Notes: generated by a model not told the origin, from the sequence alone. A stretch of 64,000 bases of DNA from Candidatus Obscuribacteraceae bacterium (GCA_044226015.1 JBGAHS010000003.1:608001-672000), one strand, 5' to 3'; shown: positions 40,971-50,494, counted from the first letter of the stretch. Made by a program: numbers and translations.

Positions 40971-41169
40971 AGCTCGTTCCTTTCGGAAGAACCGACAAGG
41001 GGGGCGAGCGAACTCGCCTCCCTTGCGTTCTGGCGGGCGCGGTTTGCGCCTGCCAGTCCAGCGTGATAGAAGAACAAGCTTGCGCTTATTCTATCGAAGT
41101 AATTGATCAGGCGTGACCGTCAGGTTGCGTAAACCTGTCAACCACCCATGATGCTGATGCTGCGTCAGC

Positions 41170-43002
41170 TTACTTCGACTCAGCGTAGACCGCGTCGATT
41201 TCAGCAGCGAAGCGCTTGATGAGCACCTTGCTGCGAATCTTCAGGGTCTCGGTGATGACGCCACTGTCGATGGTGGCAGCCAGCGGCATGATCTTGAACC
41301 GCTTCACCTGCTCCCAGTGCTCGAGCGACTTGTTGGCGCCAGCGATGGCTTCCGCCACAGCCGCCTTCACCGCATCGTGCTCGGCGTAGAACTTCGCCGC
41401 GTCGGCCCCCGCAGGAGCAGCGCCAGCCAGTTTCTTCGCCTCGTCCTGATTGACGAAGATGAGCGCGATCGGATACTTGCGACCGTGAGCAACCGGCACG
41501 CTGTAGTGAATGATCGGGAAGTGCTTGAGCGCACCCTCGAGCTTCTCACGCGAGACGTACTTGCCGCCGGAAGTCTTGTACATGCCGTCCTTGCGGCCCA
41601 GCACGTAGACGAAGCCGTCGTCGTCCATGCGTCCGAGGTCGCCGGTCTTGTACCAGCCATCCTCGGAAAACGCGTTGGCGGTCGCCTCGGGGAGGTTCCA
41701 GTAGCCTTTGAAGACCTGCCCACCGAAGAGCTGAATCTCGCCGGTACCGGGCTCGTCCTCGCTCGGGTCGTGCGCGATGCGAACCTTGCAGTCCGGCACC
41801 ACGTAGCCGACCGAGCCGACCTTGTTCTTGGGACCCTTGCCGGGCGCCCAGCTCGGACGATTGGTCACGATGCCGCCGACCGTCTCCGTCGCGCCGTAGC
41901 CCTCGAGAATCTCGATGCCCAGGCGATTGAAGAAGTGCAGCACATCCGCGTTGATCGGAGCGCCACCGGAGACAGCCATGCGCAGGCGCCCGCCGAGCTT
42001 GGCGCGCACCTTGTCGAAGACGATGCGGTCGAAGATCTTCCCGGCGGTCGTTCCCGGCTTGCTCGCCAGAGCCAGCTTGAAGAGCGGCTTCCAGACGAAG
42101 AGCGTGTTGAGCACCTTGCCGATGCCTTCCGCCGGGTTCTTGACGCCGTTGTAGATCTTCTCCCATACCGCCGGCACGCCAGCCAGAACCGTGGGACGGA
42201 AGCGCCCCATGTTCTTGGCCAGCTGGTCGATCGCCGAGAAGGCGACCGGCGTGCCGTTCCAGGTGCAGAGCCCCATGCCGTCGACGCGCTCGAGCACGTG
42301 CGAGAGCGGCAGATAGCTGAGCACGAGGTCCTTCTCGGTGATGCCGAGACCGACCTGCGACATCGAAGCCATCTTGGCCGCGATGTTGCCGTGGGTGATC
42401 ATGCAGCCCTTCGGCGCGCCCGACGAACCCGACGTATAAATGAACGTCCCCAGGTCATCCGGCGCCAGGTCGGCGAAGTAGGTGCCCGGCTTGCGCTGGG
42501 CGCGCATCGCAGACAGCTCGGCATCGACCGCGGGGTAGCGGGCGAGGGACGGCGCCGCCTTGGCGACCGCCTCGAAGATGCTGCCGCCGAGCTTCACGAG
42601 GTCTTCCAGCGACGTGAGCGCATCGATGAAACGATAGCCCTCGCCGACCGTGACCTTCTTGATCTGCTCGTCGTCGGCCGCGAAGCTGAGCTTCACGCCG
42701 GCGTCCTTGAGCACGTAGGCAGCCTGCTCGGCAGAGCTGTTCGGATAGATCGGAACGGTGACGGCGCCCAGGGACTGGATGGCATAGTCCGCCCAGACCC
42801 ACTCGGCCGAGTTCCAGCCGAGAATGGCGACACGGTCGCCCTTCTGAACGCCCTTCTTGCGGAGAAACGCCATGATCAGAGCGACCGCCGTTCCCGACTG
42901 GGACCAGCTGATCTGCTTGAGATCGGCGCCGTTGTCATAGACGATGGCGCAGGCATCGGGAGTGCTGAACGCACGAGCCCAGAACTTTTGAATCAGTGTC
43001 AT
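41170..43002 (-). CDS. Long-chain fatty acid-CoA ligase (AMP-forming), paralog of 26666-28564
   Basis: IYTSGSSGAPKG, YLPLSHVLER, SGGAP, GYGATE, WYKTGDLG; AAGGAG RBS before MTLIQK. Confidence 0.93.
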   Translation of the reverse strand: MTLIQKFWARAFSTPDACAIVYDNGADLKQISWSQSGTAVALIMAFLRKKGVQKGDRVAILGWNSAEWVWADYAIQSLGAVTVPIYPNSSAEQAAYVLKDAGVKLSFAADDEQIKKVTVGEGYRFIDALTSLEDLVKLGGSIFEAVAKAAPSLARYPAVDAELSAMRAQRKPGTYFADLAPDDLGTFIYTSGSSGAPKGCMITHGNIAAKMASMSQVGLGITEKDLVLSYLPLSHVLERVDGMGLCTWNGTPVAFSAIDQLAKNMGRFRPTVLAGVPAVWEKIYNGVKNPAEGIGKVLNTLFVWKPLFKLALASKPGTTAGKIFDRIVFDKVRAKLGGRLRMAVSGGAPINADVLHFFNRLGIEILEGYGATETVGGIVTNRPSWAPGKGPKNKVGSVGYVVPDCKVRIAHDPSEDEPGTGEIQLFGGQVFKGYWNLPEATANAFSEDGWYKTGDLGRMDDDGFVYVLGRKDGMYKTSGGKYVSREKLEGALKHFPIIHYSVPVAHGRKYPIALIFVNQDEAKKLAGAAPAGADAAKFYAEHDAVKAAVAEAIAGANKSLEHWEQVKRFKIMPLAATIDSGVITETLKIRSKVLIKRFAAEIDAVYAESK

Positions 43003-43130
43003 GGAGAGAACTCCTTCTCTTTCAGGTCGCCTCTGCGACCCGGGGCACTCATCTGGAGCGCCCATTTAGCTGATGAGAACTGACAGGGTGATTTCGCAAT
43101 CACCCTGTCTCGATTGCACTGAAGAGCGGC

Positions 43131-44093
43131 TCAGACAGCCGCTTTCTTCTCCTTCTTCGCCTTCTGGTATTCGACGAACTTCGCCACGCACTCGGCCGAA
43201 GCCGGCGTGTGGCAGAGGTTGGCGAAAGAGCAGGACTCTTCCACCATCGCCGCGTTCTTGTCGCCGCGCATCGCCGCCTTCATGACCTTGAGGGCCTCGA
43301 GCGGAGCCGGATACTTGCCGCGCGTCTGGACCTTGATGGCCAGGGCGGCGAGCGCCGAGATGCAGCTGACGCCGATGGCGGAGTCGCCGATCGCACGCGT
43401 GAACTTCTGCATCGCCGAGGGCTCACGAGTCGGAGGCGACTCGCCCAGAACGACGCCGACCGCGCGGCTGAAGAGCTTCGACTCCGGCACCAGCTCGTCG
43501 ACCAGCCCAGTCTGCAGCGCCTTGCGCGCCGACCAGGGCTTGAGCGGGTTGGTGATGAGCGGCACAGCAGCAGCGAAGCCCAGCATCAGCGGAGCGCGCA
43601 CCGTGCCGCCCCAACCGGGAAGCACGCCGAGCGCGACCTCGGGCAGACCGATGACCGTCGACTTGTTGTCGGTGGCCAGGCGGTACTTGCAGACCAGGGT
43701 CAGCTCGGTGCCGCCGCCGAGGCAGCGACCACGAATCGCGGCGACCGTCGGAAACGGCAGCGCCTCGATGCGCGCGAGCAGAGCCTTGCCCTGATTGCAG
43801 CCGTCGTAGGCGATTTCGGGCGGCATCGACTGCGCGTACTGAATCTCCTTGATGTCGGCGCCGGCGATGAAGCAGTCGTCCTTGGAAGAGCGGAAGACAG
43901 CGCCGACGAACTCGCCGGGCTTCTCGAGCACCTTCACGACATGGTCGAGCTCCTTCATCACCAAGCTGGACAGCAGGTTGACCTTGCTGACCTTGCTGTC
44001 GAAGGTGACGATGGCGACGCGGTTCGACAGAGTGCTGAGCTCGACGACGTTGCCACGGAAGAGAAGACGAGACTTGATGGGGTTGCGGGTCAT
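43131..44093 (-). CDS. Enoyl-CoA hydratase/isomerase resembling an isolated FadJ/FadB N-terminal domain
   Basis: FIAGADIKE, CLGGGTEL, GLPEVALGVLPGWGGT, GLVDELVP, YPAP; both catalytic Glu present; no dehydrogenase domain. Confidence 0.9.
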   Translation of the reverse strand: MTRNPIKSRLLFRGNVVELSTLSNRVAIVTFDSKVSKVNLLSSLVMKELDHVVKVLEKPGEFVGAVFRSSKDDCFIAGADIKEIQYAQSMPPEIAYDGCNQGKALLARIEALPFPTVAAIRGRCLGGGTELTLVCKYRLATDNKSTVIGLPEVALGVLPGWGGTVRAPLMLGFAAAVPLITNPLKPWSARKALQTGLVDELVPESKLFSRAVGVVLGESPPTREPSAMQKFTRAIGDSAIGVSCISALAALAIKVQTRGKYPAPLEALKVMKAAMRGDKNAAMVEESCSFANLCHTPASAECVAKFVEYQKAKKEKKAAV

Positions 44094-44165
44094 GTAATCC
44101 TCATTTCATCAGGTTGAGGCGCCGCACCGTATTTGGTGCGGCGCCAGAGGGATAGAACGAAGGGT

Positions 44166-44981
44166 TCAGGCGCTCGGCTTGAGCGCGAGAACCTTCTGCC
44201 TGAGAATCTCGGTGGCTTCGCGAGGGTCGCTCGGAAGCTCCGTGTTGGCAATCGGCTCGCCGATCACGACTTTGACGCCGCGCCGATAGTAGAACGCACC
44301 GACGAGCGGCACGAGCCACTGCAGCGGGATGGGCAGCTTCAGAATCCACTTGCCCGGGTAGCGCCCGTAGTGCATGTAACCGGGCACGACGTGAACCGGT
44401 CGGCCCAGACGAGCGGACGCTTCCTGAACCATACGAACGGCGCCGGTCTTGAACTTGCCGACCGTTCCATCCATATTGGTCCAGGCCTCGGGGAAGATGA
44501 CCTCGATGTTGGCGCCGTCCTCGGCGGTGAGAACTTTCACCGACGCGTTGAAGGCGGCATGACCATTGTCGAGGTCGACAGAGAAGACGCCCCACTTGCT
44601 GAAGAGCAAGCCGAGCAGCCCGCCACCGACCTTCATCACGCCCTGCGCTGCCGGGTATCGAGCCTTGCGGTTGAGCACCACAGGAGCGATCGCCACGTCG
44701 AGCAGACTGCCGTGATTGAAGGCCAGCACGAAGGGAGCCGGCAAATCCGCCAGCTTCTCATGCCCGACTGCGTCGATCTTGCCGACGAAGCCATCGACCC
44801 AAGCCTTCGCGAAACGCACCATTCCACGGTGCGCCCGGTCAGACGGGGTCGGAGCCAAGTAGCCGCACTCGACGACTTGCTTGGCTCTCCTGAGAGCATC
44901 CTTCAAACGGGGAAGAAACCAGGCCAGTGCGGCAGCGAAAGCGCCGCAGGCCAGGAGCAGAACAATCAAGTTGATCGACAT
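44166..44981 (-). CDS. 1-acyl-sn-glycerol-3-phosphate acyltransferase-like (PlsC family)
   Basis: N-terminal TM, FNHGSLLD, IFPEA, FKTGAVR, VVPG, VVIGEPI. Confidence 0.88.
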   Translation of the reverse strand: MSINLIVLLLACGAFAAALAWFLPRLKDALRRAKQVVECGYLAPTPSDRAHRGMVRFAKAWVDGFVGKIDAVGHEKLADLPAPFVLAFNHGSLLDVAIAPVVLNRKARYPAAQGVMKVGGGLLGLLFSKWGVFSVDLDNGHAAFNASVKVLTAEDGANIEVIFPEAWTNMDGTVGKFKTGAVRMVQEASARLGRPVHVVPGYMHYGRYPGKWILKLPIPLQWLVPLVGAFYYRRGVKVVIGEPIANTELPSDPREATEILRQKVLALKPSA

Positions 44982-45022
44982 GTCGATCTCCTTCTGGATC
45001 CAATTAGATGAGAACCACGGGC

Positions 45023-46114
45023 TCAGTAGAGCCCGTGATCAGCGAACACCCGCTCGGCACGCCGGGCGAGGTCTTGCTTCTCCTTTGCAGGAGCCGGAAT
45101 GTAGTCGCGCCAGTAGCCCAGCGCGTCGAACAGGCTCTGCACCTTCTCGAGCCTCTCGCCAGCCAGCAGCCCCTCCAGAGCCAGACGTGCCGTAGCCGCT
45201 TCGAAGCTGACCAGCATCGCCAGCCACTTCTCGTCGTCCGACAAGTTGAACTTCAGGGAGTGGACATGCTCGATGTGCGGGCGGAACTCGATGACGCCAG
45301 TGGTCTCCGGACCCCAATGGAAATCCGGGTGAACCTGCCAGAGCACGCGAGCCATCCTGTGCAGCCGACCAGAGACAGGGCTGAGCCTGTCTTCGCCGAC
45401 GCGGCAGGCGATGATCTTGCGCGGGTCCGAACCGAAATGACGAATCATCACGCCCACCGGGCAGAGACCGTCACGGCTCAGACCGCCATCGAAGAGCATC
45501 ATGCCCTTGTACTCGATGGCGGCGATGACACCGACGATGGTGGCACTGGACCGCACAGCCAGCTCGAGCGGAGCAGGATGAACGGACAGCTGCGTCTTGC
45601 GACCAAAGGTATCGCAGAGGAAGACGCCGTCCTTGTTGAAGACAACGGCAGAGCCGTCGCGCGTGGTCGCCATCGTCACGAACTTCTCCGGCCAGCTCTC
45701 GATGCCGCGCTTGCGGGCTTCGTTGAGCACGAACTTGCCGAGGTTGTTGGAACCCAGCAGTCCGGTCACATGCCAGTCGGCGTACTCCTTCGGGCCGGTA
45801 GGCTCGATGAGCGAGTCCATGCCGCGACGCAGCACGTTGCCGACCCCACGGCGAATGGCGTGAGCCATACCGTCCTGGAACGTGACGTACCTGGTGAAGT
45901 CGGTCTCCAGCGTGATATGCAGCGCCTCTTTCGCGCTGATACCGGTCGCGGTGACGGCACTGAAGATGCCACCGCCGCTGACGCCGAAGTTCTTCGTGAT
46001 CTTCAAGCCAGCCATGCCGCACGCGGCAAAGGCACCAGCTCCGGCGAGCACAGCTGTCGCACCGCCCGAGCTAATCGCGAGCTCATAGCCGCTGGCAACA
46101 TCCGTGTTAGTCAT
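45023..46114 (-). CDS. Patatin-like phospholipase
   Basis: SSGGATA, GVSGG, FDGG; GAGAGGT RBS before MTNTDV. Confidence 0.85.
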   Translation of the reverse strand: MTNTDVASGYELAISSGGATAVLAGAGAFAACGMAGLKITKNFGVSGGGIFSAVTATGISAKEALHITLETDFTRYVTFQDGMAHAIRRGVGNVLRRGMDSLIEPTGPKEYADWHVTGLLGSNNLGKFVLNEARKRGIESWPEKFVTMATTRDGSAVVFNKDGVFLCDTFGRKTQLSVHPAPLELAVRSSATIVGVIAAIEYKGMMLFDGGLSRDGLCPVGVMIRHFGSDPRKIIACRVGEDRLSPVSGRLHRMARVLWQVHPDFHWGPETTGVIEFRPHIEHVHSLKFNLSDDEKWLAMLVSFEAATARLALEGLLAGERLEKVQSLFDALGYWRDYIPAPAKEKQDLARRAERVFADHGLY

Positions 46115-46211
46115 AACGCACCTCTCTTTCCACAAGAGAAAGAGGGAACCCAGCGTGAGCCGGGGTCCCTCTAGTCGTGGGTGAATCAGGGTTGAAGTGA
46201 GTGAGAAGCGA

Positions 46212-47270
46212 TCAGTGCTGCTTCGCGGTCTCGTAGAGCTCCACGATGCGAGCGCGAACGATGGCGATGGCCTCGATCGGATCTTCCGGCAGGTCAGCGA
46301 TGGAGATGGGGTCGCCGACCACGACAACGCCACCGTAGTTGGTGACGTTGGACTTCTTGTGCGCCTTCATGATCTCCTTGCGCTTCGCCTCGGACTCGGC
46401 ACGCTCGTCCGCGGTCATGGCTTCCAGGTCCTTCTTGAACTCCGGATTCCAGGCCTTGGGGTTGCGGGTGCCGAGGAACATGGAACGCATGCCCTTGAGG
46501 TGGCGGTGCGTCCAGTCGGCGCCGTTCGGGTCGCGCTTGTAGTGAATCGCCATCGGAACGATGGTGACCGGCTCGCCAGCAGCCGAAGCCGCAGCCTTGC
46601 CAATGCGCACAGCACCCGGACGGAAGAGTTCCTTCATGTCCGGGTCATCCGGCAGAAGGGCGCCCTGCGGGAAGATGCCGAGGGCGGGGCCGCTGCCAGG
46701 CATGCCGGCAACGACCAGAGCGAGAACGACCGCACCGAGGGCATACCAGGGCATGCCGAAGTGCAGAGACGCGACGAAGCCGGCAGCCGAAGCGAGCCAC
46801 AGGGTCACAGCGACACCGAAGCTGATGCGCCAGTTCTTGGCGGCAACAGAACGAATGCAGCCTTGCTCAGCAGCCTGACCATCGGTCTTCTGCTTGAACG
46901 CAACCGAGATGACGCCGCCGCAAGCAGCGAGCACGCCGAAGAAGCCGCCCAGCTGGTCCGCAGCGGTGAGCATGCGGAAGTGGCGCCCCGAACCGCGACG
47001 AACCATCGCGAAGTCGCAGGGCAGTTGGTGGTTGGCGGCGAAGATCACTCGCCCGCCGCGCGGAAGCTTGTTCTTGCCGATCACCTTGACCTTGCCGACC
47101 GTGAGGAAGGTCAGCAGGTAGGCGAACGCAGCCATGCCGAACTCACCGAACCAGCTCGTCTGCGGCGGCACGTAGCCGCTCTGCGGGAAGCGGGCAGCGT
47201 GGCCCTTCCAGAACATGTACCAACCGGCAACGCCGAACAGCGCGCCGAGGATGCTGATGATGTAGATCAT
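46212..47270 (-). CDS. PlsC-like glycerolipid acyltransferase with inserted hydrophobic hairpin
   Basis: N-terminal TM, AANHQLPCD, IFPQG, IVPMAIHY, VVVGDPI; GGAG RBS before MIYIIS. Confidence 0.82.
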   Translation of the reverse strand: MIYIISILGALFGVAGWYMFWKGHAARFPQSGYVPPQTSWFGEFGMAAFAYLLTFLTVGKVKVIGKNKLPRGGRVIFAANHQLPCDFAMVRRGSGRHFRMLTAADQLGGFFGVLAACGGVISVAFKQKTDGQAAEQGCIRSVAAKNWRISFGVAVTLWLASAAGFVASLHFGMPWYALGAVVLALVVAGMPGSGPALGIFPQGALLPDDPDMKELFRPGAVRIGKAAASAAGEPVTIVPMAIHYKRDPNGADWTHRHLKGMRSMFLGTRNPKAWNPEFKKDLEAMTADERAESEAKRKEIMKAHKKSNVTNYGGVVVVGDPISIADLPEDPIEAIAIVRARIVELYETAKQH

Positions 47271-47432
47271 CTTGTATCTCCGTAGAGTTTGAGAGTTAAA
47301 GCTGCACATGCAGTCTTCGAAATAGGGCTCAGCTGGAAGCTTTAGCCCCTCCGTGAAGAAAGCTCACCGGGTAGCCACTTCCTATATTTAGTGGCGAGCC
47401 AGAAAGCCCATTTGCCTTGCGGTAGAAACAGC

Positions 47433-47537
47433 TCAGGAGAGGACGTTCAGGTTTCCGAACATCTTCTTCATGAGTTCGTCCCAGGACTTGCGCGGATGCA
47501 CAATCCAGCGGACAGCTTTGCGGATGCGTTCTTTCAT
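47433..47537 (-). CDS. 34-aa amphipathic micro-peptide
   Basis: AAGGAG 6 nt before ATG; MKERIRKAVRWIVHPRKSWDELMKKMFGNLNVLS*; codons (CGC, ATC, AAG, TTC, AAC) match flanking genes. Confidence 0.55.
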   Translation of the reverse strand: MKERIRKAVRWIVHPRKSWDELMKKMFGNLNVLS

Positions 47538-47610
47538 GCATCGCTCCTTTTTTCTTCTTTTAGAGGAAGAACGAGGGGAGAGCTTGCGCTCGCCCCTCGT
47601 CCGGAGAACC

Positions 47611-49584
47611 TCAGTCCTTCTGTTCGTAGGACTGGAAGATGGGCTTCACCGGAACGCCCTGGAGCTCACGAATGTTGCCACTCATGATGTGCCCCATGGT
47701 CTCCTTCGAAGCCGCCTTGATGCCCTTCGAGGTCGGCGCCTTGCCGCTGAGACGGCAGGTCATCATCTCGCAGAGCATGTTGAGGGCAGCCACACGACCG
47801 GTATCACCGGCGGCGGCAGCGCTACGCGCACCCTCGATGGCGACGAACATCGTGACGATGTCGGCCAGCGGCTGGTAGACCTCGAACTCGGTGATGAGCT
47901 GCTCGTCTGCGAGCTTCTCGCCGAACTTGAACACGAGCGAGACGAGGTTCTTCTTCCAGGCGAACCACTTCTTGGCCGCGAACTCGAGATGCGCGATGAA
48001 ACGCTCGTCGAGCCCGCTCAGGTCGCCGACGACCTTGCCCTTCTTGACGCCGCGGTAGCAGTTGAACAGCACCGGCAGGAAGCCCGAGGCGCCGCCGATG
48101 ATCTTCTTGCGATTCTTCACGAGACCGCTCTTGCCCTTCCACAGCGTGGCGAGGATGGTCGGCAGGCCGAGGTGGAACTTCTTCAGGTTCGGCATCAGGT
48201 CGAACATGTTGACGCCGGCTTCCTTGAAGCCACGCCCCATGTCCTCCAGACCCGCACCGCGAAGCGCCTTGACCAGCGAGTTGACGCCAGCCTGAGCCAG
48301 CATCGGGTTCGGACCCTCGTAGACGCTTGCGACCAGCGCGTTGGCGATGTTGTCGCCGAGCGGATGACCGCGGAAGAACGAGCGCCCACCGTGGATTTCG
48401 ATCCCGGTCTTGCACATCACGTCCCGGAGCTCGTTGGTGCTCCAGGTCTTGGCGATCATCGCCGAGAGGTCACCGGCGCGACCCTGGTCCACCTGGTCGG
48501 CGGTCCAGAGCGAGAGCAGCTCCGAGCCGGCGATGTCGGCCGCGATCGTCGCCATGCGATACTGGATGCCCAGCCGCTGGTCGAGCGTCACGCCGAAGGT
48601 CTTGCGCATCTTCACCCACTGCGGACAGGAGGCGAGAATGATGCTCATCATGATCGAGGCGCTGACGCCGACCGCCCAGCGGCCGTCGTCGAGATCCTTG
48701 AAGATGGCTTCCAGACCGTTGCCGGGCAGAATGTTGCCGACCGGAACGCGCAGCCCGTTGAAGACGAGGCCGTTGTTCTCGAGCGCCGGCTGCAGAACGT
48801 GCAGGTTGTAGCGGTTGAGCCGGAACTCAGCCGTGTCCTCCTTCGGCAGGTCGACCTTCACGACCTTGAACTGGTCGTTGATCTTCATGAACACCGCCAC
48901 CTCGGCGCCGTAGGTCGCGCGCGAGATGAAGAGCTTCTCGCCATAGATGCGCAGCTCGTCGCCTTCGATGACGCCGTAGGTGCGAATCTTGGTGATGTTG
49001 CAGCCAGCCGAGGGCTCGGTACCGGCGAAGGCGCCCTGGAAGAGCGCGGTCGCCATGTGCGAGAGGAAGACCTGCTTCTGCTCTTCGGTGCCGAAGTGCT
49101 TGAGCGCACCGACCGGACCGATGAGCGTCTTCACCGACATGGTGCCGGGGATAACGGGGTCGCCGATGCGGCCGAGAACCAGCATGACCTTCGCGAGGTC
49201 TTGCATGGTTGCGCCAGCTCCGCCGTACTCGGTCGGGATGGTGAGCCCGTAGAAGCCGGCGGTGGTGAGTTCGGCCTCGAGCGTCGGATTGAAGGCGCCC
49301 TTCTCGTTGAAGAGGGCATTCTTGCCGAGGTATTCCTCGACGAGCGCGACGCAGCGATCCAGAACGACCTTGACGCTCGGCGTCATCTCGTCGCCCTTGC
49401 GAGCGAAGAGGCTGATGTCGAGGTCACGGGAGAGAAGCGCCTCCTGGATGGCTCCGGGAAGCTTCTGATGCTTGCTGGCCGCAGCTTGCGCATTGTCGAC
49501 CGCGTTGACAGCATCGATTTCCTGCTGACCCTTGCCGGCTCGCTTGAGGGCATCGGTGAGCAGATCATTGGAATGATTGGTCAT
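47611..49584 (-). CDS. Acyl-CoA dehydrogenase (long, FadE/ACADVL-like)
   Basis: GLTIPTEYGGAG, FGTEEQK, AFAGTEPSAG, GEKLFIS, LDDGR, RKTFG, IHGGR, VYEG.N; AAGGA RBS before MTNHSN. Confidence 0.92.
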   Translation of the reverse strand: MTNHSNDLLTDALKRAGKGQQEIDAVNAVDNAQAAASKHQKLPGAIQEALLSRDLDISLFARKGDEMTPSVKVVLDRCVALVEEYLGKNALFNEKGAFNPTLEAELTTAGFYGLTIPTEYGGAGATMQDLAKVMLVLGRIGDPVIPGTMSVKTLIGPVGALKHFGTEEQKQVFLSHMATALFQGAFAGTEPSAGCNITKIRTYGVIEGDELRIYGEKLFISRATYGAEVAVFMKINDQFKVVKVDLPKEDTAEFRLNRYNLHVLQPALENNGLVFNGLRVPVGNILPGNGLEAIFKDLDDGRWAVGVSASIMMSIILASCPQWVKMRKTFGVTLDQRLGIQYRMATIAADIAGSELLSLWTADQVDQGRAGDLSAMIAKTWSTNELRDVMCKTGIEIHGGRSFFRGHPLGDNIANALVASVYEGPNPMLAQAGVNSLVKALRGAGLEDMGRGFKEAGVNMFDLMPNLKKFHLGLPTILATLWKGKSGLVKNRKKIIGGASGFLPVLFNCYRGVKKGKVVGDLSGLDERFIAHLEFAAKKWFAWKKNLVSLVFKFGEKLADEQLITEFEVYQPLADIVTMFVAIEGARSAAAAGDTGRVAALNMLCEMMTCRLSGKAPTSKGIKAASKETMGHIMSGNIRELQGVPVKPIFQSYEQKD

Positions 49585-49734
49585 GTCATTAGTCCTTGTT
49601 GCGAGAACCGCGAGCAACCGAATGGCGCTGCTGAGTCCTCGTTGGTCAGACAGAATCGACCCAAAGAGTTGGAACTTCAGCTCCAACCTTGAGTACTCGC
49701 GTTTGTGATAGAGAAACGTCAAAGTCCGCCGAGC

Positions 49735-49896
49735 TTATCCCCTTTCGAGGAGAAACCAGACGAACCCGAGAACCGCCTCAGTCGTGTAGCAAGAGATGAG
49801 GAAACCCACCGGGTTAGCCACACGCTGCACACGACTTTCAAAGCAGTAGAGCACAACAGGTGCAAGCATGGCGATTGCCAGAAGAAAGACTGCCAT
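49735..49896 (-). CDS. 53-aa membrane micro-protein heading the lipid locus
   Basis: AAGGAG RBS; MAVFLLAIAMLAPVVLYCFESRVQRVANPVGFLISCYTTEAVLGFVWFLLERG* (hand translation). Confidence 0.5.
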   Translation of the reverse strand: MAVFLLAIAMLAPVVLYCFESRVQRVANPVGFLISCYTTEAVLGFVWFLLERG

Positions 49897-50494
49897 GTGC
49901 GAACTCCTTGAGTCGGTCAGTACGCTTACAATCCAGCCGGTCAGCCAGTTAGATGCCCGATCCGCAAACTAGCGGTGAAGAAATTATCGAGTTGCTGAAG
50001 CAGATGCGATTTGCAGTTGCTGTAGACCTGAAGGGAAAGAAGAACGTATTGACAACATCATTATGTGCCTGCCCCCTGGGGCGCTCCAAAGATGGGCGTG
50101 TAACACGGCTGTAACACGCAGAACACAAACTCTCGAAAGCCCCATTTTACGGTTTCGAAGTTCTTCACACTTGTTCACCATTCTCTGAAATACGAGTTCG
50201 ACTACGCAAATCCCGCAAACAGATCTTCGAAGTTCGGCTTGCGCAGCGTTACCACCTGCAGCAGAGGAAGTGCTTTCTGCATATATAGGCAGCAAAAAAA
50301 TGTGAATCCACGCAATCCACTTGCTCCAAAAAGTACTGCTGCCCCCAGTCCACTAACGCAGCTCCACAAGCCTGCTGCGATGCACTCGGCAAATCGCAGG
50401 CGCGGCAAATCGCTACGCAAGCTTAGTGAATTCTGCCGAAAGAAAGGACTGATATGCTGGATGAAGACCCCGCTTCGGTTATTAGACCACTCTA

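Noticed and set aside
47470..49692. 740-aa plus-strand ORF, and similar antisense ORFs at 11570-12883, 15560-16813, 32992-34143, 41317-43083, 45008-46174, 59652-61259 and 62334-63983
   Set aside because: Shadow ORFs opposite motif-bearing genes; expected from strong C/G third-position bias, and they carry no recognisable motifs.
33016..49896. High-GC block as a prophage or ICE
   Set aside because: No integrase, terminase, structural, relaxase or T4SS genes, and no flanking direct repeats seen.
50387..50425. Duplicated CGGCAAATCGC as a c-di-GMP-I riboswitch
   Set aside because: Lacks the GNRA/receptor stems and the second hairpin of that aptamer.
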